A DNA stretch of 64,000 nucleotides from Myxococcales bacterium (GTDB lineage: Bacteria; Desulfobacterota; Binatia; HRBIN30): assembly GCA_037445065.1 (NCBI GenBank), contig JBBILD010000001.1, positions 96,001 to 160,000 of the forward strand. The letters are read 5' to 3'. Below the pieces are notes generated by a model. That model saw only the letters and a program-made list of their open reading frames with translations. It was not told the origin of the DNA and made no database searches. This document shows positions 11,253 to 20,861 of the stretch, piece after piece. Within the stretch, counting starts at the first letter, position 1; each line of letters opens with the position of its first letter. The position numbers and the translations under genes are program-made.

Positions 11253-11585
11253 TCAAGCGAGTTTGAAGCCCAGCGTAAATCCGGCCGTAAAAGCGGCGCC
11301 AAATGGCAGATTGCTGGTGAGAATCTCCCAAGCCCGTTGGAGCCAGGAAGAGCCGCCGCCCTCGTTCCAGAGATGCTGCGCGGATTCTTGAACCGCACCC
11401 CAGTGAATCGTAATCCAACCCTCGTGGGCCAAGATTTGAAGGGTGAAAAAGAGCAGACCGAGAAGTAGCGCCAGCAGACGGGTGATTTTCTTTGCAGCGT
11501 AACCCGCTGCAAAGCCAGCGAGCCCCCCGAAGCCCAACTGGGCTGGCGGCAAGAAGGTCGTGAGTGCCGTCCACGGAGGTTCCAC
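11253..11585 (-). CDS. FUN14-family membrane protein
   Basis: QLGFGGLAGFAAGYAAKK and C-terminal FTAGFTLG patterns, hydrophobic. Confidence 0.75.
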   Translation of the reverse strand: MEPPWTALTTFLPPAQLGFGGLAGFAAGYAAKKITRLLALLLGLLFFTLQILAHEGWITIHWGAVQESAQHLWNEGGGSSWLQRAWEILTSNLPFGAAFTAGFTLGFKLA

Positions 11586-11642
11586 CGGCGTGCTACCTCG
11601 TCGCGGTGCAGGAACGGCAGGTCATCCCGACTCGAGGTCCAG

Positions 11643-12110
11643 CTACGGAGCCGTGCCTCCCTCGCCCGCGGATACAGGTGGCCGAGCTGTTTGGGGCAGA
11701 GTTGCGCTTCGCCACGAATCCACCGGTTCCCGCTGCCACGCGGCGAACAAGAGAACTCCGGCGCAGAGTAAGTCGAGCCCCAAAAACGCCCAACCTGGTA
11801 GTCCTGGATTCCCTTCTAGAGCAAAACCCAGCGCTCTACCCCCCGCTAGCCCCAGCCATAGACTGCCAAGGAAAACCAGCAGGAGCCGGGCTTCGCTCCC
11901 CTTCCAAATGGCGTACAAGTTCCACAGTCCAGCCATCAGAAACAGCCCTCCGTAGACGGCTCGGATTTCTGCCAGCACCGCGCTTCGGCTCGTCTCGCTG
12001 GCCGGCGTGAGCGCGAGTACGCCCATCAACCGTTCCGGGTAGGCCAACGCCCCCAAGCCGAAAAGAACGGTTGCCACTCCCACCCACGTTGCACCCATTC
12101 GTGCAGACAC
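11643..12110 (-). CDS. DUF4345-like membrane protein
   Basis: Four TM segments, EIRAVYGGL motif, GR...G motif. Confidence 0.65.
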   Translation of the reverse strand: MSARMGATWVGVATVLFGLGALAYPERLMGVLALTPASETSRSAVLAEIRAVYGGLFLMAGLWNLYAIWKGSEARLLLVFLGSLWLGLAGGRALGFALEGNPGLPGWAFLGLDLLCAGVLLFAAWQREPVDSWRSATLPQTARPPVSAGEGGTAP

Positions 12111-12155
12111 GTTTTCCTCCTTTGTTGTCGGATTCTCCGCGGCCGCCCAACCCCT

Positions 12156-13145
12156 TCATCCCACCACACGCCCCAGCGCTTGGCGATAGCTTGTTTCCAC
12201 GTACGCACGTTGAAAGCTTCGGTTCGCGCGAAGTGCGCGATGAAGTCGCGACAAGTTGTAATGAGGAACTCCGGGATAAAGGTGGTGCTCCAGATGAAAG
12301 GCCACGTGATGGGGGGCCAGGAAGAAACGCGCCAACGGATTGCGGGAAATCACGGTGCGGGCATTGCGCAACGGGTCTTCCCGGTCGGGCACCGCCGCAT
12401 GTTCTAGGACGCCACGAACCCGGAGAATCACCTGGTACACAGTGAGAAGGGGGAGAACCCACAAGATCAGAAACGCAGGCCCGTACCCTGCCCACAGCAG
12501 GCCGGCGATGGCCGCACCACCTGCGAGCCGCTTGGCCGTGTTTGCCCCGTCCCATTGGCGGAGAAGCCTTCCCGCGCGCGGCCGCATACGCCCGCTCACC
12601 CGATCCACAACCAAGTATCCTCGCATCACAAGCGCAGAGATGCCCACGGCGTCCCGCAAAAGCTTACGGCGCCAACTGGCCCGCCCGCATGGGAACGGGA
12701 GTGAAAGGGACAGATCAGGATCCTCAGCCGTGAGTAAGTACTTGTGATGGCGCAAATGCACCGTACGGTAGGCAAGCAAGTGGCTGGCAATCGGTTGTGC
12801 GCAAAGCCAGTGCCCCACCCAATCGTTCCAACGTCGGCTAGGTAAGAGCCGGAAGTGTGCCGCATCATGCATCAGCACAGCGAGTGCATGTTGGCAGCGA
12901 CCGATCACCAGCATCGCAAGCCCCCAGATCACAGGATGGGGCAGCGAGACAGCGGTTAGCAATGTGGCCGCGATCAGTCCCCAGGTAGAAATCAGGGACA
13001 AACCCGAGCGGAGCCAACTCACTTCTTGAAGGGATCGGAGGACCTCTGCCGGGAGCCGTAAGGACACAGTAGGCTCAGCAGCCTCCCAACCAGCGCTGTC
13101 ATGCAGAACAGGGCTCGGGGTTGGCTTCTCCATCCCTGTCTCCAT
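12156..13145 (-). CDS. Membrane fatty-acid desaturase family protein
   Basis: His boxes HDAAH, HLRHH, HLEHH(LYP) plus TM segments. Start estimated at ATG 13145. Confidence 0.88.
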   Translation of the reverse strand: METGMEKPTPSPVLHDSAGWEAAEPTVSLRLPAEVLRSLQEVSWLRSGLSLISTWGLIAATLLTAVSLPHPVIWGLAMLVIGRCQHALAVLMHDAAHFRLLPSRRWNDWVGHWLCAQPIASHLLAYRTVHLRHHKYLLTAEDPDLSLSLPFPCGRASWRRKLLRDAVGISALVMRGYLVVDRVSGRMRPRAGRLLRQWDGANTAKRLAGGAAIAGLLWAGYGPAFLILWVLPLLTVYQVILRVRGVLEHAAVPDREDPLRNARTVISRNPLARFFLAPHHVAFHLEHHLYPGVPHYNLSRLHRALRANRSFQRAYVETSYRQALGRVVG

Positions 13146-13245
13146 GGTCACTTCCCATAGCATTAGGCTCTTGTCAAAAGGAAGCTGCCGGGTGCGGCGA
13201 GGTGGAGTCTGCACCTGGTGCGCACGGCAATTGCAGGAGGCCAAC

Positions 13246-14478
13246 ATGATCGAGTGGAGCGAGCAGCATCGAATGATTCAGGACATGGTGCGGCGTTTTG
13301 TAGAGGCTGAAGTTGTGCCGCGGCTCAAAGACCTCGAGCACGGTGACCTGCCTCCCTACGAGATCATGCGCAAACTCGCGCAGCAGTTTGGGATCGCGGA
13401 AGCGGCACGCGCTCGTTACGAGGCGCAAAAAGCGCGCGCCCTTAGGGGAGAAACCGATCCGGGCCGCGAGTCGCGTGGTGGGCAGGCCGCCGCGGATGCT
13501 TTGGCAATGCAGATCATTCCGGTGATCGAATTGTCGAAATACTGCCCGGGACTTGTGACCGCGATGGGGGTCAGCATGGGCCTGACCGCGGGCGCAATCA
13601 TGAGCCGTGGCACATGGGCACAAAAAGACCGCTGGGCGCTTCCGTTGTTGACCCTCGAAAAGATCGGTGCGTGGGCTATCACCGAGCCTGGTTCTGGGTC
13701 TGACGCGTTTGGTGGCATGAAATCCACAGCACGACGCGAACGGGACGGTTACGTTCTGAACGGGCAGAAAACGTTCATTACAAACGGGCCGTACGCGGAC
13801 ACGATCGTGTTCATTTGTAAACTGGATGACGGGGTGACACCGCCGCGCGACCGCAAAATCGTCGCGTTTATCCTCGACAAGGGGATGGATGGGCTGATCC
13901 AGTCCAAGCCGTTGCGCAAGATGGGCCTCCATTCGTCACCAACCGGAGAGTTGTTCCTGGATAACGTCCGCGTCGGGCGAGAACGGTTGTTGGGGGAAAA
14001 CGAAGACGCGTATGGCGGACGCTCCGGGGCAAAGGCGACTTTTGGAGCGGAACGTAGTGGCGTAGTTGCCATGGCTTACGGCATCGTGGAACGTTGCATT
14101 CAGCTTTGCACGGAATACGCCCGAAATCGGGTTCAGTTCGGGCGCCCGATTGGGGAGTTCCAGTTGATTCAGCTGAAGCTTGCGAAAATGTACGTTGCGC
14201 GGATGAACATCCGGAACATGCTTTTCCGCCAAATCGAGCTGGCAGCTCAAGGGAAATCCCTCAGCTTCGCTGAGGCATCGGCAAACAAGCTGTATGCTGC
14301 CCAAGCAACCATGGAAGTGACGCTAGAGGCGGTGCAGTTGTTTGGCGGGAACGGGTACATGGCCGAATACGGCGTCGAACAGCTTTGTCGCGACGCGAAG
14401 GTGCTGCAGATATACGGAGGCACGGACGAAATTCAGATTTCCCAGATCGCCCGCTCCATGCTGAAGGGCGAGGCGTAA
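13246..14478 (+). CDS. Acyl-CoA dehydrogenase
   Basis: AITEPGSGSD, LNGQKTFITN, RVQFGRPI, QLFGGNGY, IYGGTDEIQ; AGGAGG RBS before ATG 13246. Confidence 0.93.
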   Translation: MIEWSEQHRMIQDMVRRFVEAEVVPRLKDLEHGDLPPYEIMRKLAQQFGIAEAARARYEAQKARALRGETDPGRESRGGQAAADALAMQIIPVIELSKYCPGLVTAMGVSMGLTAGAIMSRGTWAQKDRWALPLLTLEKIGAWAITEPGSGSDAFGGMKSTARRERDGYVLNGQKTFITNGPYADTIVFICKLDDGVTPPRDRKIVAFILDKGMDGLIQSKPLRKMGLHSSPTGELFLDNVRVGRERLLGENEDAYGGRSGAKATFGAERSGVVAMAYGIVERCIQLCTEYARNRVQFGRPIGEFQLIQLKLAKMYVARMNIRNMLFRQIELAAQGKSLSFAEASANKLYAAQATMEVTLEAVQLFGGNGYMAEYGVEQLCRDAKVLQIYGGTDEIQISQIARSMLKGEA

Positions 14479-14482
14479 GGAG

Positions 14483-14956
14483 ATGGTCATGTCCGAACCA
14501 AGCCGGTTCGATCACTACGATGAGCGGATCGCGGAGGCGATGATCCGTGCAAACGCCGCGGCCACAGGTCTTCCTCAATATTTGGGAGTGCGCTTTCTCG
14601 AGTTCGGGCCGGGAACTCTCGTGGCGGAGATGCCGGTTCGCGAGGAGCTGATCACCCCTGTAAGTGCCTTGCATGGGGGTGTGATGGCTGGCCTCGTGGA
14701 TCACGTTTTGGGCTGCGTCTTGTATCCGTTGATGCGACCGGGCCAATGGGCAGCGACCACCGAGTTCAAGCTCAATTATCTCGCAGCGGTGCGAGGGGGG
14801 ACCCTGCGTGCAGAGTCTCGCGTCATTTCCCTCACTCGCCGTACCGCTGTCGTGCAGGTGCACGTTTGGAACGAAGGCACGCTTGCTGCTCTCGCACAAG
14901 GAACACTGCTTGTGTCTGAACCACCGGGAAAAGCGGACAAAAGCAAAACTGCCTGA
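14483..14956 (+). CDS. PaaI-family (hotdog) thioesterase
   Basis: LHGG...LVD motif, TTEFKLNYL; immediately follows the ACAD with its own RBS. Confidence 0.88.
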   Translation: MVMSEPSRFDHYDERIAEAMIRANAAATGLPQYLGVRFLEFGPGTLVAEMPVREELITPVSALHGGVMAGLVDHVLGCVLYPLMRPGQWAATTEFKLNYLAAVRGGTLRAESRVISLTRRTAVVQVHVWNEGTLAALAQGTLLVSEPPGKADKSKTA

Positions 14957-15100
14957 AGCCCTTGCTCGTTCGACGATCGGGTGGGAGGTTACGATGGGGC
15001 GTGATACGGCTGCAGCGCCGTTTGCCGCGCGAATCGGGCGCCGCGCACTTGTGCAGAGTTGCGGCGAGGCAGGTACGGCCAGCAAAATTGTCCCCGGGCC

Positions 15101-15781
15101 TTAGTCTCGTCGTAGCTCGTCAATGCGATCCCTGTGTGCGACGAACACCCGATGAGCCAAGCCAAGAAACAAACCGGTGCCAACGACGCCTGGGATGGCG
15201 CGCAGTGCTTGTTCGACTTCGTATGGGTTCGCTAGCGGCGGGACCGCACAATCCAGAATGTGATTATACCCGTCGCTCAGAAACGGCCCATCACCGTGGC
15301 TCCGCAAGACTGGGTCGAAGCCGAGTGCCCGAATCCGTCGCCGGCAGAACCCGAGAGCGAAGGGCAGGACCTCCACCGGCAGGCGCCCGCGCTGTCCTAA
15401 CTGGGTAACGAGCTTTTCGGCGCCGACCAGAATGATCACTTCCCGTGAGGCCGAGGCGACAACCTTCTCACGCACAAGCGCGCCTCCGTAGCCCTTGATG
15501 AGGTTGAGCTGTGGGTCGACTTCATCCGCGCCGTCCACGGTAAGGTCAATCGCGTCCACCTCGTCCAGGCTGGTGAGCGGAAGCTTGAGCTGACGCGCTA
15601 GGGCAGCGGTTGCTTCGGACGTGGGTACACACCGCAACGTTTCCGTAAGGTGGTTGCATTCAGCCAAGGCACGGACAAAGGCGCTGGCTGCACGCCCAGT
15701 GCCTAAACCAATGGTCATCCCTGTACGCACGAAGCCGACTGCGCGGCGCGCCAGCAGATCGAGTTGGTCATTTTGCGACAT
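15101..15781 (-). CDS. rpiA: Ribose-5-phosphate isomerase A
   Basis: GLGTGR, DGADEVD, LIKGYGGALVREK, PVEVLP, IPGVVGTGLF. Alternative TTG start at 15799. Confidence 0.93.
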   Translation of the reverse strand: MSQNDQLDLLARRAVGFVRTGMTIGLGTGRAASAFVRALAECNHLTETLRCVPTSEATAALARQLKLPLTSLDEVDAIDLTVDGADEVDPQLNLIKGYGGALVREKVVASASREVIILVGAEKLVTQLGQRGRLPVEVLPFALGFCRRRIRALGFDPVLRSHGDGPFLSDGYNHILDCAVPPLANPYEVEQALRAIPGVVGTGLFLGLAHRVFVAHRDRIDELRRD

Positions 15782-15795
15782 GTTTGCGCTGTTTG

Positions 15796-17007
15796 TCAAA
15801 TGATCCCTGCCTCCCGCAAGGCGCGCCGCTGATCCTCGTCGAGGCCAAGAAGGCCTCCATAGACCTCGTCGTTGTGTTCTCCTAAGCGCGGGGCACCGCT
15901 GCGGATCGCGCCCGGGCTTGCCGACAATCGCGGGTAGACACCTTGCATGCGGATGGGGCCTAGCACGGGGTCTTGGACAGTGACCAGGCTGCCTCGCGCG
16001 GCATAATGCGGGTCTGAAAAAATGTCTGCAATTGAGTAAATCCGCGAGACCGGGACTTGAGCTGCTACCAAGATTCGCTCGATTTCCCCGGCCGTGTGCT
16101 CACCGACCCACTGACCGACGATCCGGTGGATCTCGTCCGCGTGTTCGACTCTAGCGGACAGGGTGGCAAAACGCGGATCCTCGGACAATTCTGGCCTGCC
16201 CATTGCACCCGCTAAGCGGCGGAACAATTCGTCACCGGCGGCGACAATGCAGATATACTGGCCGTCTTTCGTGCGCCAATTATCGAGCGGCGCGGAATTG
16301 GGCAAGCAATTCCCGGTTCGTTCGCGCACCTCTCCCAGCCGGTCGTACGCTGCAGCAGTGTATTCGAGCACGCGAAACACAGCCTCGTATAAGGCGGCAT
16401 CAATGCATTGCCCAGGGCCTTGCCGGCAGTCGCGGTAATAAAGGGCGGTGACAATCGCGAACGCATTGAATACCCCAGTAAGGTAGTCCGCAATCAAGGT
16501 TCCCGGCCGCACCGGGGGGCGGTCCGGGAAGCCGGTAAGGTACAGGAGGCCGCCAAAGGCAATTGCAATGCGGTCGAGACCTGGTCTGGGGGCGTAAGGC
16601 CCATGCTGCCCGTACACGGAAACCCGTGCCAGGATCAAGCGAGGGTTGATTTGTCGTAACGTGTCGAAGTCGAGGTTCCACGACTCGAGGGTGCCGGGCT
16701 GAAAGTTTTCGACAACGACGTCGGCGTGCGGAACTAATTGGCGGAACAATTCTTGCCCTTCAGGCCGGCGAAGGTCCAGCGTGATGGACTTCTTGCCGCG
16801 ATTCTCCACCGCCCACCAGAGAGAGTAACCACGTTCGAACGGGCCAATATGCCGCAAAAAATCACCACGGTCGGGGAGTTCGACTTTGATGACTTCCGCA
16901 CCGAAGTCGGCGAGGAGGGTGGCGGCAAAGGGTGCGGCAATTCGGGTCCCGAGGTCCAAGATGCGGACGCCAGAAAGGGGACCTGGATTTTGTTCCCTCG
17001 CTTGCAT
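15796..17007 (-). CDS. CaiB/BaiF family III CoA-transferase
   Basis: LADFGAEVIKVE, NRGKKSITLDL, VVENFQPG, APRLGEHN. Confidence 0.92.
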   Translation of the reverse strand: MQAREQNPGPLSGVRILDLGTRIAAPFAATLLADFGAEVIKVELPDRGDFLRHIGPFERGYSLWWAVENRGKKSITLDLRRPEGQELFRQLVPHADVVVENFQPGTLESWNLDFDTLRQINPRLILARVSVYGQHGPYAPRPGLDRIAIAFGGLLYLTGFPDRPPVRPGTLIADYLTGVFNAFAIVTALYYRDCRQGPGQCIDAALYEAVFRVLEYTAAAYDRLGEVRERTGNCLPNSAPLDNWRTKDGQYICIVAAGDELFRRLAGAMGRPELSEDPRFATLSARVEHADEIHRIVGQWVGEHTAGEIERILVAAQVPVSRIYSIADIFSDPHYAARGSLVTVQDPVLGPIRMQGVYPRLSASPGAIRSGAPRLGEHNDEVYGGLLGLDEDQRRALREAGII

Positions 17008-17096
17008 GCCGCGTTACTGGCGCGAAGCGTGCGGCGCTGCAAGCCTGCCACCGCTCCTTGCGCTGGCCTCCAAGCGCGCCTTAGAATCGCGGTTCG

Positions 17097-19322
17097 ATGA
17101 CGGCGGACCCGCAGTCGCCTGCCTTCGAGAGCGAGCTTTCGGATGACGAGCGCCGTCGCAGGCGGCGTGAGGCGTGGCTCATCCTGATCGGTCTCTTGCT
17201 CTTTGTTGTGCTGACCTGGCTGACGGTGGCGCGGGCGCCGGAAGGGGGAGTTTTCGGCAACAGCACGTTTTCCTTCCTCCTCATCAATGTCAACCTGCTA
17301 CTGCTGATTCTCCTTGTCTTCCTGGTGACTCGGAACTTGGTCAAACTCGTGGCGGAACGGCGGCGTGGAATTTTTGGGTCGCGCCTGCGCAGCCGCTTAG
17401 TGGCCGCGTTCCTGCTGATCACCCTGGGACCGAGTGTCCTCTTGTTCTTCGTGGCCCAAGGATTCTTGCAGGCCGTTTTCACTAGTTGGTTCAACGTTCG
17501 CGTAGAGTCCGCGCTTCGCAACTCGGTGCAGGTGTCTCAGAGTTACTACCAGTTCGCTGCGAATGGTGCGATTCACTTCGCTCGCGAACTGGCACGTGGA
17601 TTGGGCGAACGCTGGTTACTGGAGTCGCGCGGGACCGAGATTGCTGGTTGGCTGGAAAGTAAACGAGCGGAGTACGGACTTGCGATGGTGGGGCTTTGGA
17701 ACCAAGGGGGGAGCCCGCTGGCGATGGCGCGAGAGAAACAGATGCACAACGCTCCACTGGCAGATCCAGCCGCGATTCGGGAGGCTCTGGCCGGTGGAGA
17801 AGCGGCCGACACGATGCGCTGGGGGAGGTCGGACGTGGTTTGGGTAGCCGTTCCGGTTCGCGACCCCGGAGGAGCGGTGGTTGCGGCTTTGGGAGTGGCA
17901 TACTGGGTGCCGCGCAGCGTGAGCGAATTGACGCGGGCAATCGCCCGTTCATACGCGGAGTACCGACAGTTGGAGATTTTGCGCCAGCCGATCAAAAACA
18001 GTTACATACTCACACTGGCACTCATTACGTTGGTGCTGATTTTTTCCGGAACCTGGTTCGGGATCCGGCAGGCGCGAAGAATCTCGAAGCCGTTGCTGGA
18101 ACTCGCCGCTGGAACTCGCGAGGTGGCACGGGGGAATTGGAGTTACCGGATCGAACCCCCGGGCGATCACGAGATTGCCTTGCTTGTCGAAGCGTTCAAT
18201 CAAATGACGGCGGAGCTGGAGCAAACGAACCGGGAACTCGTGCAGCGCCGAACGTACGTGGAAAACCTCCTGGCGAACATTGGAGCAGGAGTGCTGTCGT
18301 TGGATTCCACCGGCGTGGTGACCACGGTCAACCCAGCGGCCGAGCGCTTGCTCGGAGTCGCAGCCAGCAGCGCACTGGGTAAGCATTGGGGTGCAGTGTT
18401 TGCTGGCAGCGGCTGGAGCAAGCTCCAGGAGATGGTGGCTGAGGCAACCGTAGAACCTAGGAGAGAAATCCAGCGACAGATGCAGCTGACCTCGTCGGGA
18501 GAGGGTCGGGTTGTGCTGGTCACAGCAACGCCTCTGGGGGAAGGAACGCAGGGTAGGCAAGGTCTGATGCTGTTTTTTGAGGATGTTACCCACCTCATGC
18601 GGGTACAGCGGATGGAGGCTTGGCGTGAGGTTGCGCGCCGCCTTGCACACGAAATCAAGAACCCGCTGACCCCGATTCAACTGTCCGCGCAACGGTTGGA
18701 GAAGCGGCTGCTGCCGCTCCTTTCACCCGAGGACCGCGCGATCGTCGAAGAGTGCACGGAAACGATTGTCCAGGAGGTTGAGCACCTGAAACGACTGGTT
18801 ACGGAGTTCTCTCGGTTTGCGCGCTTGCCTGCAGTGCAGTTGGTGCCGAGCGACGTCAACGCATTGGTGGAAGACACGGTGCGTATGTTCCGCAGTGGAC
18901 AGCCGAAGCTCGAGGTGCGTTTTTACCCAGGCTCGGGACTGCCACTGGTTGAGCTCGACCGCGACGCGATTAAGCGCGCGCTGTGGAATCTGCTCGATAA
19001 CGCTGCCGCGGCAGTGGCGGAGGAAGCATCGCCCCGGGTTGAGGTGCGCACGGAATACCATCCCGACGCGGGCGCGGTTCGCATCGAGGTGGCCGACAAT
19101 GGTTGTGGTATCCCCCGCGATGCGAAGGCGCGGTTGTTCGAGCCTTACTTTTCGACCAAGCCGGAAGGCACCGGGCTGGGACTTGCCATCGTGGCCTCGA
19201 TCGCGGCGGAGCATCAGGCTTACGTGCACGTGACGGATAATCTTCCGAAGGGGGCGCGCTTTGTACTCGAATTTCCATTGCGATCCTTGAAAGCGCTGCG
19301 TCCTTCGGCTGTAGGAGCGTAG
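17097..19322 (+). CDS. NtrY-type sensor histidine kinase (TM, periplasmic, HAMP, PAS, HisKA, HATPase)
   Basis: H-box AWREVARRLAHEIKNPLTPIQLSAQRL, N-box NLLDNA, DNGCGI, FEPYFSTK, GTGLGL; N-terminal GSRLRSRL and SWFN features typical of NtrY. Confidence 0.92.
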   Translation: MTADPQSPAFESELSDDERRRRRREAWLILIGLLLFVVLTWLTVARAPEGGVFGNSTFSFLLINVNLLLLILLVFLVTRNLVKLVAERRRGIFGSRLRSRLVAAFLLITLGPSVLLFFVAQGFLQAVFTSWFNVRVESALRNSVQVSQSYYQFAANGAIHFARELARGLGERWLLESRGTEIAGWLESKRAEYGLAMVGLWNQGGSPLAMAREKQMHNAPLADPAAIREALAGGEAADTMRWGRSDVVWVAVPVRDPGGAVVAALGVAYWVPRSVSELTRAIARSYAEYRQLEILRQPIKNSYILTLALITLVLIFSGTWFGIRQARRISKPLLELAAGTREVARGNWSYRIEPPGDHEIALLVEAFNQMTAELEQTNRELVQRRTYVENLLANIGAGVLSLDSTGVVTTVNPAAERLLGVAASSALGKHWGAVFAGSGWSKLQEMVAEATVEPRREIQRQMQLTSSGEGRVVLVTATPLGEGTQGRQGLMLFFEDVTHLMRVQRMEAWREVARRLAHEIKNPLTPIQLSAQRLEKRLLPLLSPEDRAIVEECTETIVQEVEHLKRLVTEFSRFARLPAVQLVPSDVNALVEDTVRMFRSGQPKLEVRFYPGSGLPLVELDRDAIKRALWNLLDNAAAAVAEEASPRVEVRTEYHPDAGAVRIEVADNGCGIPRDAKARLFEPYFSTKPEGTGLGLAIVASIAAEHQAYVHVTDNLPKGARFVLEFPLRSLKALRPSAVGA

Positions 19323-19450
19323 CCTTGGTGTTCTGGGTGAGTAAGAAAGGTGGGGCTACCGCTTGGGCGTTACGCTGCGAACCTTCGCTCGCCTGAGATT
19401 CCGGTGGCAGCAGCCGGAACCAGGTGCGAAAGTCGGTGGGAGGAGGAGCC

Positions 19451-20728
19451 GTGACAACAGTTTTGGTTGTGGATGACGAAGCTCACATCCGTTCCTCGCT
19501 GCGTGGAATTTTGTCGGAAGAAGGCATGCACGTGGTGGAGGCGGCGAACGGGCGAGAAGCCCTGGCTTTGCTCGAACAATGTAGGCCTGACCTGGTCGTG
19601 CTCGACGTCTGGATGCCCGAGGTAGATGGTCTAGAGTTCTTGCGCGCCATCCAGAACCGGGCCCAGGCGCCCGCGGTCTTGATGATTTCCGGCCATGGCA
19701 ACATCGAGACCGCGGTCAAAGCCACACAACTGGGAGCCGTAGATTTTATCGAAAAGCCATTCTCGCTTGCGGGATTCCTGGGTGCGGTTGAACGCGCCCT
19801 GCGCCGCCAGCAGGTTCAAAACCAGCAGGATCCCCACCCTGCCTCCCCGCTCCCTACGAGTAGCCGCTCGGTGGAGGGGGTTGCTCCGCAAGTCCGTGGG
19901 CGTTTTCGGCAACGGACGGTTGCGCGGAGCATGGTCGATACCGGAACGGGTTTGCATAGCGGAGTAAAAACAGGACTGATCTTACAGCCCATGCCGCCAG
20001 GTTCGGGGATCGTGTTCTCGAACCTTTCCGCCGAGACGCCCGTACCCGCTCATTTGGACTTCGTGGACTCCACAGGCTACGCCACCACATTGCATCGCGC
20101 CGGGGTGACCATCCGTACGGTCGAGCACTTACTGGCCGCGCTCCATGCGTACCGAGTCACGAACTTGTTCGTGAAAGTCCAAGGGGAAGTCCCGATTATG
20201 GACGGTTCTGCGCAGCGTTGGTGCGAGCTGATCGAGAGCGCTGGGGTGGAGGAGCAGGACGCTTGGGCCGAGGAATACGCGGTGCGCGAGGTCGTGGAGA
20301 TAAGGCGCAGCGAGGAGGAGTGGATTCGGATCGAGCCCTTCGACAGACTCGCAGTGACGTACGTGCTCGAATATCCGCCACCCGTGGGCAGGCAAGAGTA
20401 TTCCTTTGTGTTGCAGGACCCGCACAGTTTCCGGGAGCAGATTGCACCCGCGCGCACGTTCGGATTCGTGAAGGACATGAAGCTCTTAGCCTCGATGGGC
20501 TTAGCGTCCGGCGGCCGCTTAGATAACTGCATTCTGATCGACGACGAAAAAATCGTGAACACCACCTTGCGGTTCCCTGAAGAACTCGCTCGCCACAAGA
20601 TCCTCGACATCTGTGGCGACATGTATTTGCTGGGCCGGCCGCTGCGCGGGAAGATCACTGCGAAAAGAACCGGTCACTCCGAAAACATCGCCTTACTTCG
20701 CAAGCTTCGCAGTCAGTTCGAGGGGTGA
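19451..20728 (+). CDS. lpxC: Fusion of an NtrX-like response-regulator receiver domain and UDP-3-O-acyl-N-acetylglucosamine deacetylase
   Basis: REC: VVDDE, LDVWMP, MISGHGNIETAVKAT, FIEKPF. LpxC: QRTV, GTGLHSG, TVEHLLAAL, EVPIMDGSA, APARTFGF, RHKILD, TGH. GTG start after AGGAGG. Confidence 0.92.
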   Translation: MTTVLVVDDEAHIRSSLRGILSEEGMHVVEAANGREALALLEQCRPDLVVLDVWMPEVDGLEFLRAIQNRAQAPAVLMISGHGNIETAVKATQLGAVDFIEKPFSLAGFLGAVERALRRQQVQNQQDPHPASPLPTSSRSVEGVAPQVRGRFRQRTVARSMVDTGTGLHSGVKTGLILQPMPPGSGIVFSNLSAETPVPAHLDFVDSTGYATTLHRAGVTIRTVEHLLAALHAYRVTNLFVKVQGEVPIMDGSAQRWCELIESAGVEEQDAWAEEYAVREVVEIRRSEEEWIRIEPFDRLAVTYVLEYPPPVGRQEYSFVLQDPHSFREQIAPARTFGFVKDMKLLASMGLASGGRLDNCILIDDEKIVNTTLRFPEELARHKILDICGDMYLLGRPLRGKITAKRTGHSENIALLRKLRSQFEG

Positions 20729-20861
20729 GACAGGCGCTGGCCCCCCCTGTGCCGCCAGCGACAATGCATTCGTGTTCAGCAGCGAACGCTTCCCCTGCGA
20801 GGAGACACGCCGCCGGCCTGAACCAGACGCGAAAGGCGGGCGCGGAGAAGACTCGCGTGCT

